Assembly (NCBI GenBank): GCA_016706865.1
Contig: JADJIS010000003.1
Location: 466,030 to 530,029 of the forward strand
Direction: 5' to 3'
Length of the DNA: 64,000 nucleotides
Source: Bacteroidota bacterium
GTDB taxonomy: Bacteria; Bacteroidota; Bacteroidia; Chitinophagales; BACL12
How positions within the stretch are numbered: position 1 is the stretch's first letter; the number at the start of each line of letters is the position of its first letter. Below are positions 8,748 through 18,373 of this stretch, in pieces. Made by a program: the position numbers and the translations under genes. The notes beneath the pieces are model-generated. The model had not been told where the DNA came from, did not search any database, and was given only the letters and a program-made list of their open reading frames with translations.

Positions 8748-10118
8748 TTAATGAGCAATTACAATTTTATTTTTTAATATAACTCCAGATTCGGTTATTA
8801 TCTCTATAAAATATAAACCGGATTTCAGATCCCTAACATTAATTTTATTATAAGGATGAATTATCGAAATCGTTTTACTTCCGTGTAGATCGAATATGGA
8901 AAGAGAATAAATATTCTGATCCGATACATTTATAAATATTTCCTCAGAAGTTGGATTTGGGAAAACTTTGAGAACCATTTCTGCACCACCCGAAGTTATA
9001 TTAATAGGTGGGAAATTATTTTTTACATACCAGGGATCTGCATCGAAGCGGTCGTTCGGATTTGTTGTGTTTGTATTCTGGTAAGCTACCACAAAACTCA
9101 TATCCCCATTTGGTGCGAAGGAGGGCTCACCTAATGCAAGTGCATTCCCTTTTGAAATTACCATTTCTTCCTCTACCCAACTATCCCAATTGCCCGGTAT
9201 TGCCTGTCGCGAACGATATATATCAAAATTGCGACCATAATATAAATAGGTATTTAATCCGTCAAAATATAATTGAGGAGTTTCCAAATGTCCTGCATCA
9301 TTATTAAGAGAAGAAATAAGTGTAGGTTCATCCCATGTTAGCCCATCATCATAACTAAATACGTACATAAAATCCCGCAAAGCACCATCGGTATATTTTT
9401 CATAAATTAGTAAGAGTGTATCCGAATTATTTATTCTTTTTAATATGGGATTATCAGCAGAAAATTCATCCGAAGCTGGATTAATTGGTTCCGGAAGTCG
9501 AATGGCTGATGCTATATTTTCAGGATTTATACTTGTATTATTGATCATCCAGATATCATTATTACCTGTAAATAAAAAATGTTCAGCAACATTCGGATCT
9601 ACGGACGATTGTAAAGGAAACGGTCCTCCTTCTATAAAAGCGGGTCTTTGCATTCCGGATAATTCCCAGGATTCGAAATTTTCGTCCAAACTATTTCTAT
9701 GCGCATATAAAATATCAATATTTAATGCGGTATCACAACCAAAAATATTTGTTGTCATATCCATTCCATGATCATCTGCATAGGTTCGTAAAAATGCACC
9801 GGTACCAAATATATCGCAGGGTGGGAGAGCAATATTTAAATTGATATAATCGACCCAGGATAACAAATCGGCGGGGGCATATAATGCATAAAGATTTAGG
9901 CCATCAGACGAGATTTGCAATCCATCCTCCCATCCATAATCTGCCAAAGGCATTCGAAATGGAGTTTCGTACTGATCTGTAAAGGATCCAACAACAATAG
10001 GGTGCGTGTTGGTTTTCACAGAGTCCCAGATTTCGGATGGTATTGTCAATTGCGCTTGAATAGGGCTGCGCATTATTAGCAATACAATTACCAATATAAA
10101 AAGGTGTTTGAGCTTCAT
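8748..10118 (-). CDS. Secreted Asp-box (BNR)-containing protein with T9SS sorting domain
   Basis: 456 aa with a signal peptide. SYDDGLTWD matches the Asp-box S-x-D-x-G-x-T-W. C-terminal VFPNPTSEEIFINV...GLYFIEI. Confidence 0.8.
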   Translation of the reverse strand: MKLKHLFILVIVLLIMRSPIQAQLTIPSEIWDSVKTNTHPIVVGSFTDQYETPFRMPLADYGWEDGLQISSDGLNLYALYAPADLLSWVDYINLNIALPPCDIFGTGAFLRTYADDHGMDMTTNIFGCDTALNIDILYAHRNSLDENFESWELSGMQRPAFIEGGPFPLQSSVDPNVAEHFLFTGNNDIWMINNTSINPENIASAIRLPEPINPASDEFSADNPILKRINNSDTLLLIYEKYTDGALRDFMYVFSYDDGLTWDEPTLISSLNNDAGHLETPQLYFDGLNTYLYYGRNFDIYRSRQAIPGNWDSWVEEEMVISKGNALALGEPSFAPNGDMSFVVAYQNTNTTNPNDRFDADPWYVKNNFPPINITSGGAEMVLKVFPNPTSEEIFINVSDQNIYSLSIFDLHGSKTISIIHPYNKINVRDLKSGLYFIEIITESGVILKNKIVIAH

Positions 10119-10168
10119 TATTACCCGATTTGTATTTATTACAAAGTACTAAGGTAACAAATAGGGAC

Positions 10169-10199
10169 AAAAAAAGCCGGCAGATTGCGCTGCCGGCTT
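10169..10199 (-). terminator. Intrinsic terminator after the 10220..12088 gene
   Basis: GCCGGCAG-ATTGCG-CTGCCGGC (10176-10199), followed on the minus strand by a T7 run (A-run 10169-10175 on +). Confidence 0.8.
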
Positions 10200-10219
10200 C
10201 GTTAAACAAAATTTAAATA

Positions 10220-12088
10220 CTATTTTGTTATGAGTATTTTTTGTATGGATTGTTCAACTCCATTTGATACGGATATTAAATATAATCCAGATGATAATGA
10301 ATTTGTATTAATTATGATATTATTATCACCCTTAACTATTGATTTATTTATTAAAGGTAGAATTACTTTTCCAGTTATATCAAGAACTGAAATTACTGCA
10401 TCAAAACTTTCTGTTGCAATAACATTTGCATTAATAATATCAGTTGCAGGGTTAGGATAAATACTTATTGCATTAATACCTGTAAGGTCAGAAATTGCAA
10501 CAGAAAAATTAAGTTGCTGCTCCGAAACATTTACATCGGCACAAGTTCCTACTGCAGTTAATGCTACATTAAATATTCCAAGATCGGTATAGGTATACGT
10601 GGGGTTTGCATCAGTGCTGAAATCAAGATCAGATAATGGATCACCAAAATCCCATGTATAAGAAACTGCATTGGAGGAAGTATTTGCAAAGTTTACTGTA
10701 AGTCCTACATTGTCAAAAGTAAATGATGCAATAGCCGGTGCTATGGTTCCGGGAACTTCACCATAATTTGTATTTTGCGGATCCCAGTTTGCCCAACATG
10801 ATGTCCAATTCAATGTTCCGAATGCACCGCGATAAGCAACATTATTAAATCCGGCTAATTCGGGAGCAGCAAATGAAGCTCCTGTTAATAAAGGAGATCC
10901 AGCCATAGGAACACAATTTGGCGAGGTAACATTATATGCATCAGTTAGCATAAGGTCGCTGCTCAGATCATAAATTGTATTATTATAAGCAGGAGTATTA
11001 AACCATGCTGCAATGTCGAATGTACTTCCCACAGCTAATTCAAAATCATTATTATGACCTGCAATTATTGTGTTCTGAATTTTGAGTGTATTTGCTAAAG
11101 CGCTTGCTTCACATAATGCACCATCTATCATTATTCCACTTGGATAACCAACTATAACAGAATTAAAGATATCTGTAGATGTATTTCTGCGTAAATGTGC
11201 TCCGCGTTTATAATTAACATTAATGATATCACCTTCATTTTGAATTGCACCAATAACAGTGATATTACTGAAGGTAGGATTTGTTTGTGGTGAATTTGCG
11301 CTTCCTGTTGCATCATTATCACTTTCAAATCCATTTGAACCTGATACATCCGCAAAATTCGGGTCACGTTTCACTAAACCGAATTGAACTTTTCCGGAAA
11401 ATCCGAAATCCGTATCAAAATCATCGTCATAAGTATTGTGTGCAATTAAATAATTGGCATTAACTGTTCCGCCAAAAAATTCAAAGGCATCATCACCTGA
11501 GCGGCTCACCATAACATGATCTAATAAAGTTCCGTTACCAACACCTCCGCAAGTAAGGCCGTTGATCTCATTTCCCGGAACGAATGCAATACCAGGATAT
11601 TCAATTCGCACATATACCAGTGCTCCGGAATTATCAGATGCATTTGCACCACCATAAGAAGCATCGCCTTCCGGTGTATCAACTCCGCCTTCAATAACAG
11701 CAACACCTCCCGGAACGTTAATTGGTGCATCTCCTAAAATAATTAATCCACCCCAATCACCATAATTTCTGGTTCCTTCGGATTGATTACTTGTAAATAC
11801 GATCGGTTGATCCACAGTTCCATTTGCATAAATTTTTGAACCACGTGTAATAATTAAAGTACCTTTTGTATCCTTATCGCCACGTATAATGGTGCCTGGT
11901 TCTATATTTAAAGTTGCACCATCTTCCACGTATACGAATCCGTTTAAAATATAAACGGTATCATTCACGAGATTGCGTGTTACACCTGAAATTTCACCTG
12001 ATAAGGTGTGTGTTGGTAATTGTGCGTTTGTTAATGCTGTAATAAACAGCAAGGAGAAAATTGTTAATGTTAATTGCAGTTTTTTCAT
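10220..12088 (-). CDS. Secreted beta-helix-like protein with PKD domain and T9SS sorting domain; paralog of 15109..17481
   Basis: ATG 12088 (MKKLQLTLTIFSLLFITALTNAQ) lies 10 nt after the TonB-receptor stop, so the track extension to 12217 is rejected. It shares about 470 aa of near-colinear similarity with 15109..17481 (YGDWGG..ILG.APINVPGG...DDDFDTDFG...NGFESDNDATGS). PKD-like YTWDFGDP. C-terminal IYPNPATD. Confidence 0.85.
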   Translation of the reverse strand: MKKLQLTLTIFSLLFITALTNAQLPTHTLSGEISGVTRNLVNDTVYILNGFVYVEDGATLNIEPGTIIRGDKDTKGTLIITRGSKIYANGTVDQPIVFTSNQSEGTRNYGDWGGLIILGDAPINVPGGVAVIEGGVDTPEGDASYGGANASDNSGALVYVRIEYPGIAFVPGNEINGLTCGGVGNGTLLDHVMVSRSGDDAFEFFGGTVNANYLIAHNTYDDDFDTDFGFSGKVQFGLVKRDPNFADVSGSNGFESDNDATGSANSPQTNPTFSNITVIGAIQNEGDIINVNYKRGAHLRRNTSTDIFNSVIVGYPSGIMIDGALCEASALANTLKIQNTIIAGHNNDFELAVGSTFDIAAWFNTPAYNNTIYDLSSDLMLTDAYNVTSPNCVPMAGSPLLTGASFAAPELAGFNNVAYRGAFGTLNWTSCWANWDPQNTNYGEVPGTIAPAIASFTFDNVGLTVNFANTSSNAVSYTWDFGDPLSDLDFSTDANPTYTYTDLGIFNVALTAVGTCADVNVSEQQLNFSVAISDLTGINAISIYPNPATDIINANVIATESFDAVISVLDITGKVILPLINKSIVKGDNNIIINTNSLSSGLYLISVSNGVEQSIQKILITK

Positions 12089-12098
12089 AATACTAGTT

Positions 12099-14966
12099 TT
12101 AAAATTTGTAATTAATAGATAATGATACTTTAGCACCACCGTCGATGCTTCGTATTGTGTTGTCAAGTGTTTCATCATATTTTCCATTCTCATCGAGATC
12201 CTGATAAAAAATTGCATTTTTATTTAAAAGATCGCTCACATTAATTTTAACGGAACCTTTTTCTTTTAAGAATGGAATGGATACTTGTGCGTCAAAAAGG
12301 GGTCTTGGGTTTTCATAAATATTGTCGTATTGTGCATTGCCATATTCAGAAATTCTACGACCGATCTGATTAAATAAGGTAGTAATTGATAAACCTGTTT
12401 GGGGATTGATGTAGGTGATTCCGAAATTCATTACGTAATCAGACTGACCTTGTAATTGTCTTTCAGCAGTTCCGGCCAAAGCAGTATCTGCTATATGTAA
12501 TAAAGTATTCGAACGAATAAGGGATAGATTTGTGCTGAAAGTAAATTGTTCTAAAACTTTTGCACTGCGATTAATAAAAGCTAAATTTTTTCGCAACTCA
12601 AATTCAGCGCCATATACTGTTGCAACGGAATCATTTACCGGTTTTAATTCACGTGCAGTTCCAAAAAAGAATCGTTGTCCTATCGGATTAATAAATCTTT
12701 TATAAAATACACCTGCTGAAATAATTTGTCCTGCCCCAAAAAAATGTTCAACCTTGATATCACCGTTATAAATATCAGTTGCTAATAAAGATGGATTTCC
12801 AATTATACTTGAATTTGTTTCAATATCATAAAATCCGAAAGGTGCAAGTTCTCTTAATTCGGGACGTGCTACGGTTTTGTAACCGGATAAACGTAAATTA
12901 GACTTTTCATTTAAGGCATAGGTAATATTAATGGATGGTAAAAGATCAAATCTCAAACCAACACTATCCGTTTCTGCTGAATTTACTTCAATTGGTTCCG
13001 GATTTGGATTTGCTGTATATTCAAAAGAACTTAATGTCTGCACAAAAAATTCTGTTCTTACACCCCAAACAATACGCAGGTCTTTTCCAACTTTATTATC
13101 GAACATCGCATAGACCGATTTATTTGTTTGTTGAGCAGTGTAGCTATCGGAAGCGTTTGTAGTTTCATCTATATAATATAGGCTGTCGGAAAAATTTTCT
13201 GATGCAAATTGTTCAGCCGGTGTCATCGCAACAATTGCAAAATAATTTGGATTAAAGAATATTTCATTGGAAGTTGCAACACCCATGGTGCGGGCATCAA
13301 ATACACGGTCTTTCAACATATATCCTCCTCCAAAACCAAAGTTTTGTTTTGTTTCTCCGATTAGGAATGGATAGGTAAAATCTATGTTAGCCGAATAGGT
13401 TTGTTCATCCATGTAAGAATAAAATATTCCCATATTATCGGGAGATGCAAATGGAGAAGGAGAGGTTTGAAAAGAAGTATCTCCCTCAAATGCAGGTGTG
13501 ATATTTTTCAGATAATTTACCGTTCTGTAATTAGGCTGATCGCGAACTAAGGTATTTACACCTAAACCCCATTTTGCTTTTAATTTTGAACCCGGTAAAT
13601 AATGATCACCGCCCAATATTGTGGAGAATAATTGGTTAGAACTAAAATAATAATATTCATTTTGTACATATGCGGCTTTAGAATAATTAATTCCACTGCG
13701 CATTGTTGTAATATCTGTAGAGTTTACAGAATAAGAATTTTTTAATGTGAATTTATTGTTGTCGTTAGCTTTAAAGGAAAGATTTAATAATCCACCCCAT
13801 AAAATATTGTTTTTATATTGATTATCTTCATATTCATACAACGGGGTTATTTCATTATCAAAATCTTTACGTTCAGAAATATTGGTTACATAAGAATTGT
13901 TATAAGTTAGGGCACCTATCAACCCAAATTCACCGGCTCCTTTAAATTTTTGAATAATTCCGCCGGATAATTGATAACTCTGATCAACCGGAGCTGAAGG
14001 ATTACTATATGCTCCCCAAGGCGAAAAATCTTTTCCAAGATTTGCTTTTTCCTCTAACGGTATATCAATAAATTCATCACGGGTGGAGGGGAAAGCAGAG
14101 GGAAGTTGTCGTATTCCATCATCAATACCAAGCCAGTCAGTTTTTCCTCCTGTATAAGTATAATATTCTTTAAAAGTACTAACTGTATTATATCCTGCAC
14201 CAGCAGAAACCGAAAAAAAGTTTTGATCAGGAATATCTCTGGTATTCATGGAAATTATTCCTCCTGCAAAATCTCCGGGTAAATTTGGTTGTGCCGATTT
14301 ATATACAATTAAATTATCCAACATCGCCGAAGGAAAAAGATCAAATGCAAATGTTTTTCTGTCGGGTTCAGTACTTGGCAATAGATTTCCATTTACAAGT
14401 GCGAGATTATATCTATCACTTAAACCACGAATCACAACAAATTTTTGATCAACAATGGATGTTGCGCTCATCATTTTTAATGCATCGCCGGTTGTTTTGC
14501 CGGGTGAACGAGAAATCACATCTCTTGACAATACTTCCGAAGGCCCCATATTGTTTTTCTGTATGGTTAAAACCGATTGAATAGTTTCTTGTCCGGGTCT
14601 ACCTTTTATTATTAGTTGCAATGAATCTCCTAAAGCACTTCTGAACTCAGTATTTAATACTATATCTACTACAGTTACTTCATTATTTTCAACAGTAACA
14701 CCTTCTACTAATTTTGTCTCATAGGAAACGTAGGTAATCTTTAAAGTATAAGTACCAGGATTTAAACCCGAAATATTATATCTTCCATCAATATCTGTCC
14801 CCGTAATAAACCCTGCAGCATTTTCAACATTAACTGTAGCTCCAATTAACGTTTCAGAATTATCAGCATCAATAATAACTCCCGCAATAGTGCCCGACTG
14901 CGCATAAATAATGCTTGAAATACCTGAAATTAAAAGGAAAAATACTATTTTGAGATTTCTAAACAT
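12099..14966 (-). CDS. TonB-dependent receptor with N-terminal CarboxypepD_reg domain
   Basis: 955 aa with a signal peptide. N-terminal GTIAGVIIDADNSETLIGATVNV...DGRYNISGLNPGTYTLKITYVSYE, plug motif VVIRGLSDRYN, terminal ...SINYKF aromatic residue. Confidence 0.92.
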   Translation of the reverse strand: MFRNLKIVFFLLISGISSIIYAQSGTIAGVIIDADNSETLIGATVNVENAAGFITGTDIDGRYNISGLNPGTYTLKITYVSYETKLVEGVTVENNEVTVVDIVLNTEFRSALGDSLQLIIKGRPGQETIQSVLTIQKNNMGPSEVLSRDVISRSPGKTTGDALKMMSATSIVDQKFVVIRGLSDRYNLALVNGNLLPSTEPDRKTFAFDLFPSAMLDNLIVYKSAQPNLPGDFAGGIISMNTRDIPDQNFFSVSAGAGYNTVSTFKEYYTYTGGKTDWLGIDDGIRQLPSAFPSTRDEFIDIPLEEKANLGKDFSPWGAYSNPSAPVDQSYQLSGGIIQKFKGAGEFGLIGALTYNNSYVTNISERKDFDNEITPLYEYEDNQYKNNILWGGLLNLSFKANDNNKFTLKNSYSVNSTDITTMRSGINYSKAAYVQNEYYYFSSNQLFSTILGGDHYLPGSKLKAKWGLGVNTLVRDQPNYRTVNYLKNITPAFEGDTSFQTSPSPFASPDNMGIFYSYMDEQTYSANIDFTYPFLIGETKQNFGFGGGYMLKDRVFDARTMGVATSNEIFFNPNYFAIVAMTPAEQFASENFSDSLYYIDETTNASDSYTAQQTNKSVYAMFDNKVGKDLRIVWGVRTEFFVQTLSSFEYTANPNPEPIEVNSAETDSVGLRFDLLPSINITYALNEKSNLRLSGYKTVARPELRELAPFGFYDIETNSSIIGNPSLLATDIYNGDIKVEHFFGAGQIISAGVFYKRFINPIGQRFFFGTARELKPVNDSVATVYGAEFELRKNLAFINRSAKVLEQFTFSTNLSLIRSNTLLHIADTALAGTAERQLQGQSDYVMNFGITYINPQTGLSITTLFNQIGRRISEYGNAQYDNIYENPRPLFDAQVSIPFLKEKGSVKINVSDLLNKNAIFYQDLDENGKYDETLDNTIRSIDGGAKVSLSINYKF

Positions 14967-15053
14967 GTTGTTTAATATTTACATGCAAAGAACTCGCTTT
15001 AATGTTACCTAATCTTTATTGTAACATTAGTTAAACATAAATCGAATGTAAAC

Positions 15054-15083
15054 AAAAAAGCCTCCCGAACGAATTCGGGAGGC
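15054..15083 (-). terminator. Intrinsic terminator after the 15109..17481 gene
   Basis: GCCTCCCGAA-CGAA-TTCGGGAGGC (15060-15083), with a T-run on the minus strand (A-run 15054-15059 on +). Confidence 0.8.
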
Positions 15084-15108
15084 TTACAATCATACTGCAA
15101 TTAACATT

Positions 15109-17481
15109 TTATTTACTTATTACTAACTCTTTGGTAACATTAACATTTTCACCGTTAACATTTACTAAATATATTCCTGATTCTAAGTTGCTTACAGAAA
15201 GGTCGATTGTAGTAAATCCATCAACCAAAATATTATTATTTTCATACACAACTTGTCCAACCATATTTACGATAGATACATTAACTGTTCCATTTGCTTC
15301 AATTGTCAATTCTACATTTTCAGAAGCAGGGTTAGGGTTGATCTGAATTAAATTCTCGTCAACAATAACATTGTTTTCTAAACGCAAAGGTAGTGTGGTG
15401 AAAGAAATAAATGCTGTTGGAGTAGATGCTCCACCACCACAATTGGTTATTATGCGCACTTGATATACTGATGAAGCGAGCAAGCCTGTAATTGTTTTTG
15501 TGTTAGTAAAAGCAGTTGGAAGCGAAGTCCAAGGTTTAACCGGAAATTTGCGATATTGAACTGTATAATTATTTGTTCCACAAACGTCAGACCAATTTAT
15601 AATTGCTGAACTTGAAGTTATTCCTGTTGCAACAATACCTGTAACTTGGCTACAAAGAGCAGTTGTGGCAGTTTTTTTAGCCCATGCACTTTTTTCTGCA
15701 GTTGCACATTTCGATCTTATTTGAAAATCATAACTTGTGTTTGCTAATAAACCTGTAAAGGTAAAGTTTGTAACAGCACCAACATTCACTGGAGATGAAT
15801 AAGTTCCACCAGTAATTGCATAACGTACTTCATAAGTAGTAGCACCCGGCGCAGCATTCCAACTTATTTTAGCACTGCAATGCTTAATTTCAGTTGCTAC
15901 TAATGCAGTTGGTTTTTGAACAGTAACATCATTAACTGTGTATGTTGCAGATGCGGAACATCCATTACTTGTAACAGTAATTGTATAACTTCCTGCTGCT
16001 AAACCTGAACGGTCTTGCGTGGTTGGACCATCGCTCCAGGCATAAGTATAAATTCCAACTCCACCTGAAGGTGTTACATCAATTGAACCTGTATTTGGAC
16101 AAGTCATGCTGCTAACTGTACCTGCAATTGTCGGATTATTATTAATTCCGGGAGTTGAATATGGTGTTGATTGAGGATCAAAATTAACCCATGATTCATC
16201 CGTCCAGTTGTTGGTAGTTGAAAATGCACCAGCATAACTTGTGGCAGTGAAAAAAGGATCACTTAATAAACCTGCAAAATATGTTCCGATAGTTGTAGGA
16301 GCCGAGCCTGCAGTTGGACGTGGGTCAGGGTTTGATAAATTAAATGCATTAACCAAACCTACTCCTGAATTTAAAAGAATAGTTTGATTACCGTTTGAAG
16401 AACCATATGTGTCAATATTAAAACCTGCATCGCAAGTGGTGCATAAATAATCGTCACCATTGCCGGAAAGAATATTGTTTTTGAATTGTAAATTATCTGC
16501 AGCAGCATTTAATGAAGTGTTTGTTCCTTCAATTTTAAATCCAGCTTCAGGATAACCCATGATAATAGAATTATAAATAGATGTCATTGTATTTCTTCTT
16601 TGATGAGCACCTCTTTTATAGTTTACGTTTATTACATCTCCTGTATTTACTTTAGGACCTGCAATGGTGATATTTGAAAATAATCCTCTTGAGATGGGTG
16701 TATTTCCTGAACCAGTTGCATCATTATCAGATTCAAATCCATTTGAACCTGAAACATCTCCAACATTTGGATCACGTAAAACATAACCGAATTGTACTTT
16801 TCCGGAATAACCAAAGTCAGTATCAAAATCATCGTCAAATCCACGGTATGCAATTAAATATTTAGCATTTACAGATCCACCAAACCATTCAAATGAATCA
16901 TCACCTGAATAAGAAATTTGAATGTGATCAATAGTAGTTCCTGAACCAACTCCACCCATGGTTAAACCATTAATTTCATTACCCGGTACAAAAGGAATAC
17001 CTGCAAATTCGATACGCACATATTTAAAAGTACCACTGTTGTCGGATGCGTTTGCTCCGCCATAAGCGCCATCTCCTTCAGGTGTGTCAACTCCTCCTTC
17101 AATAATTGCACTTCCACCAGGTACATTGATCGGAGCTTCTCCTAAAATAATAACTCCACCCCAATCACCATAGGTTCTTGAACCCGCAGGTTCATTAGAA
17201 GTAAATACAATTGGCTCGCAAGAAGTACCTACTGCATTAATGTTTCCGGTTTTTGTGATAATTAAAGTTCCTTTAGTTGCCTTGTCTCCTTTAATAATAG
17301 TGCCTTCTTCAATAGTTAAGGTTGCACCATCTTCAACATAAACAAAACCATTTAATTGATAAATATTGTTGTTGGTCCACGTTGTGTTGGTCGTTATCTC
17401 GCCTGATACGAAAGTAACCTGAGCTTGCATCGCGGTGAATCCTGTCGCGACTGTCAGTAAACCTAGTAATAATTTTTTCAT
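15109..17481 (-). CDS. Secreted beta-helix-like protein with FN3 domains and T9SS sorting domain; paralog of 10220..12088
   Basis: 790 aa with a signal peptide (MKKLLLGLLTVATGFTAMQAQ). The conserved N-terminal about 470 aa is shared with 10220..12088. Two FN3-like segments (KISWNAAPGATTYEVRY; IINWSDVCGTNNYTVQY). C-terminal INPNPASENV...GIYLVNV. Confidence 0.88.
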   Translation of the reverse strand: MKKLLLGLLTVATGFTAMQAQVTFVSGEITTNTTWTNNNIYQLNGFVYVEDGATLTIEEGTIIKGDKATKGTLIITKTGNINAVGTSCEPIVFTSNEPAGSRTYGDWGGVIILGEAPINVPGGSAIIEGGVDTPEGDGAYGGANASDNSGTFKYVRIEFAGIPFVPGNEINGLTMGGVGSGTTIDHIQISYSGDDSFEWFGGSVNAKYLIAYRGFDDDFDTDFGYSGKVQFGYVLRDPNVGDVSGSNGFESDNDATGSGNTPISRGLFSNITIAGPKVNTGDVINVNYKRGAHQRRNTMTSIYNSIIMGYPEAGFKIEGTNTSLNAAADNLQFKNNILSGNGDDYLCTTCDAGFNIDTYGSSNGNQTILLNSGVGLVNAFNLSNPDPRPTAGSAPTTIGTYFAGLLSDPFFTATSYAGAFSTTNNWTDESWVNFDPQSTPYSTPGINNNPTIAGTVSSMTCPNTGSIDVTPSGGVGIYTYAWSDGPTTQDRSGLAAGSYTITVTSNGCSASATYTVNDVTVQKPTALVATEIKHCSAKISWNAAPGATTYEVRYAITGGTYSSPVNVGAVTNFTFTGLLANTSYDFQIRSKCATAEKSAWAKKTATTALCSQVTGIVATGITSSSAIINWSDVCGTNNYTVQYRKFPVKPWTSLPTAFTNTKTITGLLASSVYQVRIITNCGGGASTPTAFISFTTLPLRLENNVIVDENLIQINPNPASENVELTIEANGTVNVSIVNMVGQVVYENNNILVDGFTTIDLSVSNLESGIYLVNVNGENVNVTKELVISK

Positions 17482-17856
17482 TGTTTATTGCTTTTTAGTT
17501 AGAAATTAATGAGGGCAAAAGTAGAAGTGCAGTATTAATACCATTGTGATATTAAATTATAATAATCTGATTTAACTGTAAACTAAAATGTTGAAAATCA
17601 GGCGAGTGATAATAAATTGTAAAGTTAATGTGCCATTAAAAATGAAAGGTTGTATAACTGCTTACACAACCTTTCTACTAAACATATAATAATATGTAGA
17701 TCAAAAATAGGATTTCATTTATAAGGAAAGATAATTTCGATAATAAATTACATTAAAATAACATTTAATGCATATTAAATAAATATACTGATAAATATGT
17801 ACGAGAATATTACGAGGTGAATAAATTAAATGTAATAAATGATTGAGAAGATAAAT

Positions 17857-18258
17857 TTAAACCATTTGGAGTTCACCAACCATTTGTATACATTCTTTTT
17901 TGATTTCTTCTCTTACAATTCGAAAATCAGCCAATATCTTATCATAATCATTTGATTGCAATGGATCCGGGAACCTGAATTCTTTTATAATGGGAGAGCC
18001 TTCTATAGATTCATTTGGTGTGGAATTAATAAAGATCACCAGATCAGGAATAAATACACTTTTGGTTTTCTTATCCGTTTCATATTCAATTCCATCTTCT
18101 GATAAAACCTGTTCTGCCAATGGATGAATCACCCTTGTTTTACCTGATATTGATACATTGAACCTATTTTCGCTGTAAAATCTCAGATATCCACTCATGA
18201 TCTCTGCCAATCCCGATGTGGAATCGCTTTTGATCAATATATGGAGAGTCCCTGTCAT
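17857..18258 (-). CDS. ArsC/LMW-PTP-fold protein lacking the catalytic C-x5-R loop
   Basis: 133 aa. The C-terminal FRFPDP...DFRIVREEIKKECIQM aligns by eye with ArsC/LMW-PTP (WGFDDP...FQRVRDEIK). The P-loop position reads LIKSDSTSGL instead of CxGNxCRS. Confidence 0.6.
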   Translation of the reverse strand: MTGTLHILIKSDSTSGLAEIMSGYLRFYSENRFNVSISGKTRVIHPLAEQVLSEDGIEYETDKKTKSVFIPDLVIFINSTPNESIEGSPIIKEFRFPDPLQSNDYDKILADFRIVREEIKKECIQMVGELQMV

Positions 18259-18373
18259 GTTTGTGTATATTAATTTAACAACAAATTAATAGAACTGTTG
18301 ATTTATGCATGTAAAAATAAAATTATAATACTAAATTGCAAACTCTATTTTAAATAACCATTTCGCGAGAGTA

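Noticed and set aside
12089-12217. Long N-terminal extensions offered by the ORF track (10220..12217, 44288..45826, 19819..21354, 7804..8424, 1776..2606, 2663.., 4926.., 21389.., 29935.., 48232..)
   Set aside because: In each case an internal ATG gives a proper signal peptide or family-typical N-terminus. The extension either overlaps the neighbouring gene, terminator or repeat block, or starts at a TTG or GTG.
14967-15108. Cobalamin or other riboswitch upstream of the TonB-dependent receptor, and an FMN riboswitch near ribH
   Set aside because: The receptor leader is only about 140 bp and is mostly occupied by the upstream terminator. ribH starts 6 nt after the preceding gene. No conserved riboswitch cores are visible.
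17645-17674. Hairpin AAAGGTTGT...ACAACCTTT as the terminator of 17857..18258
   Set aside because: It lies about 185 nt downstream of the stop and has only a short T-run on the minus strand. This is plausible but too weak to list as a feature.
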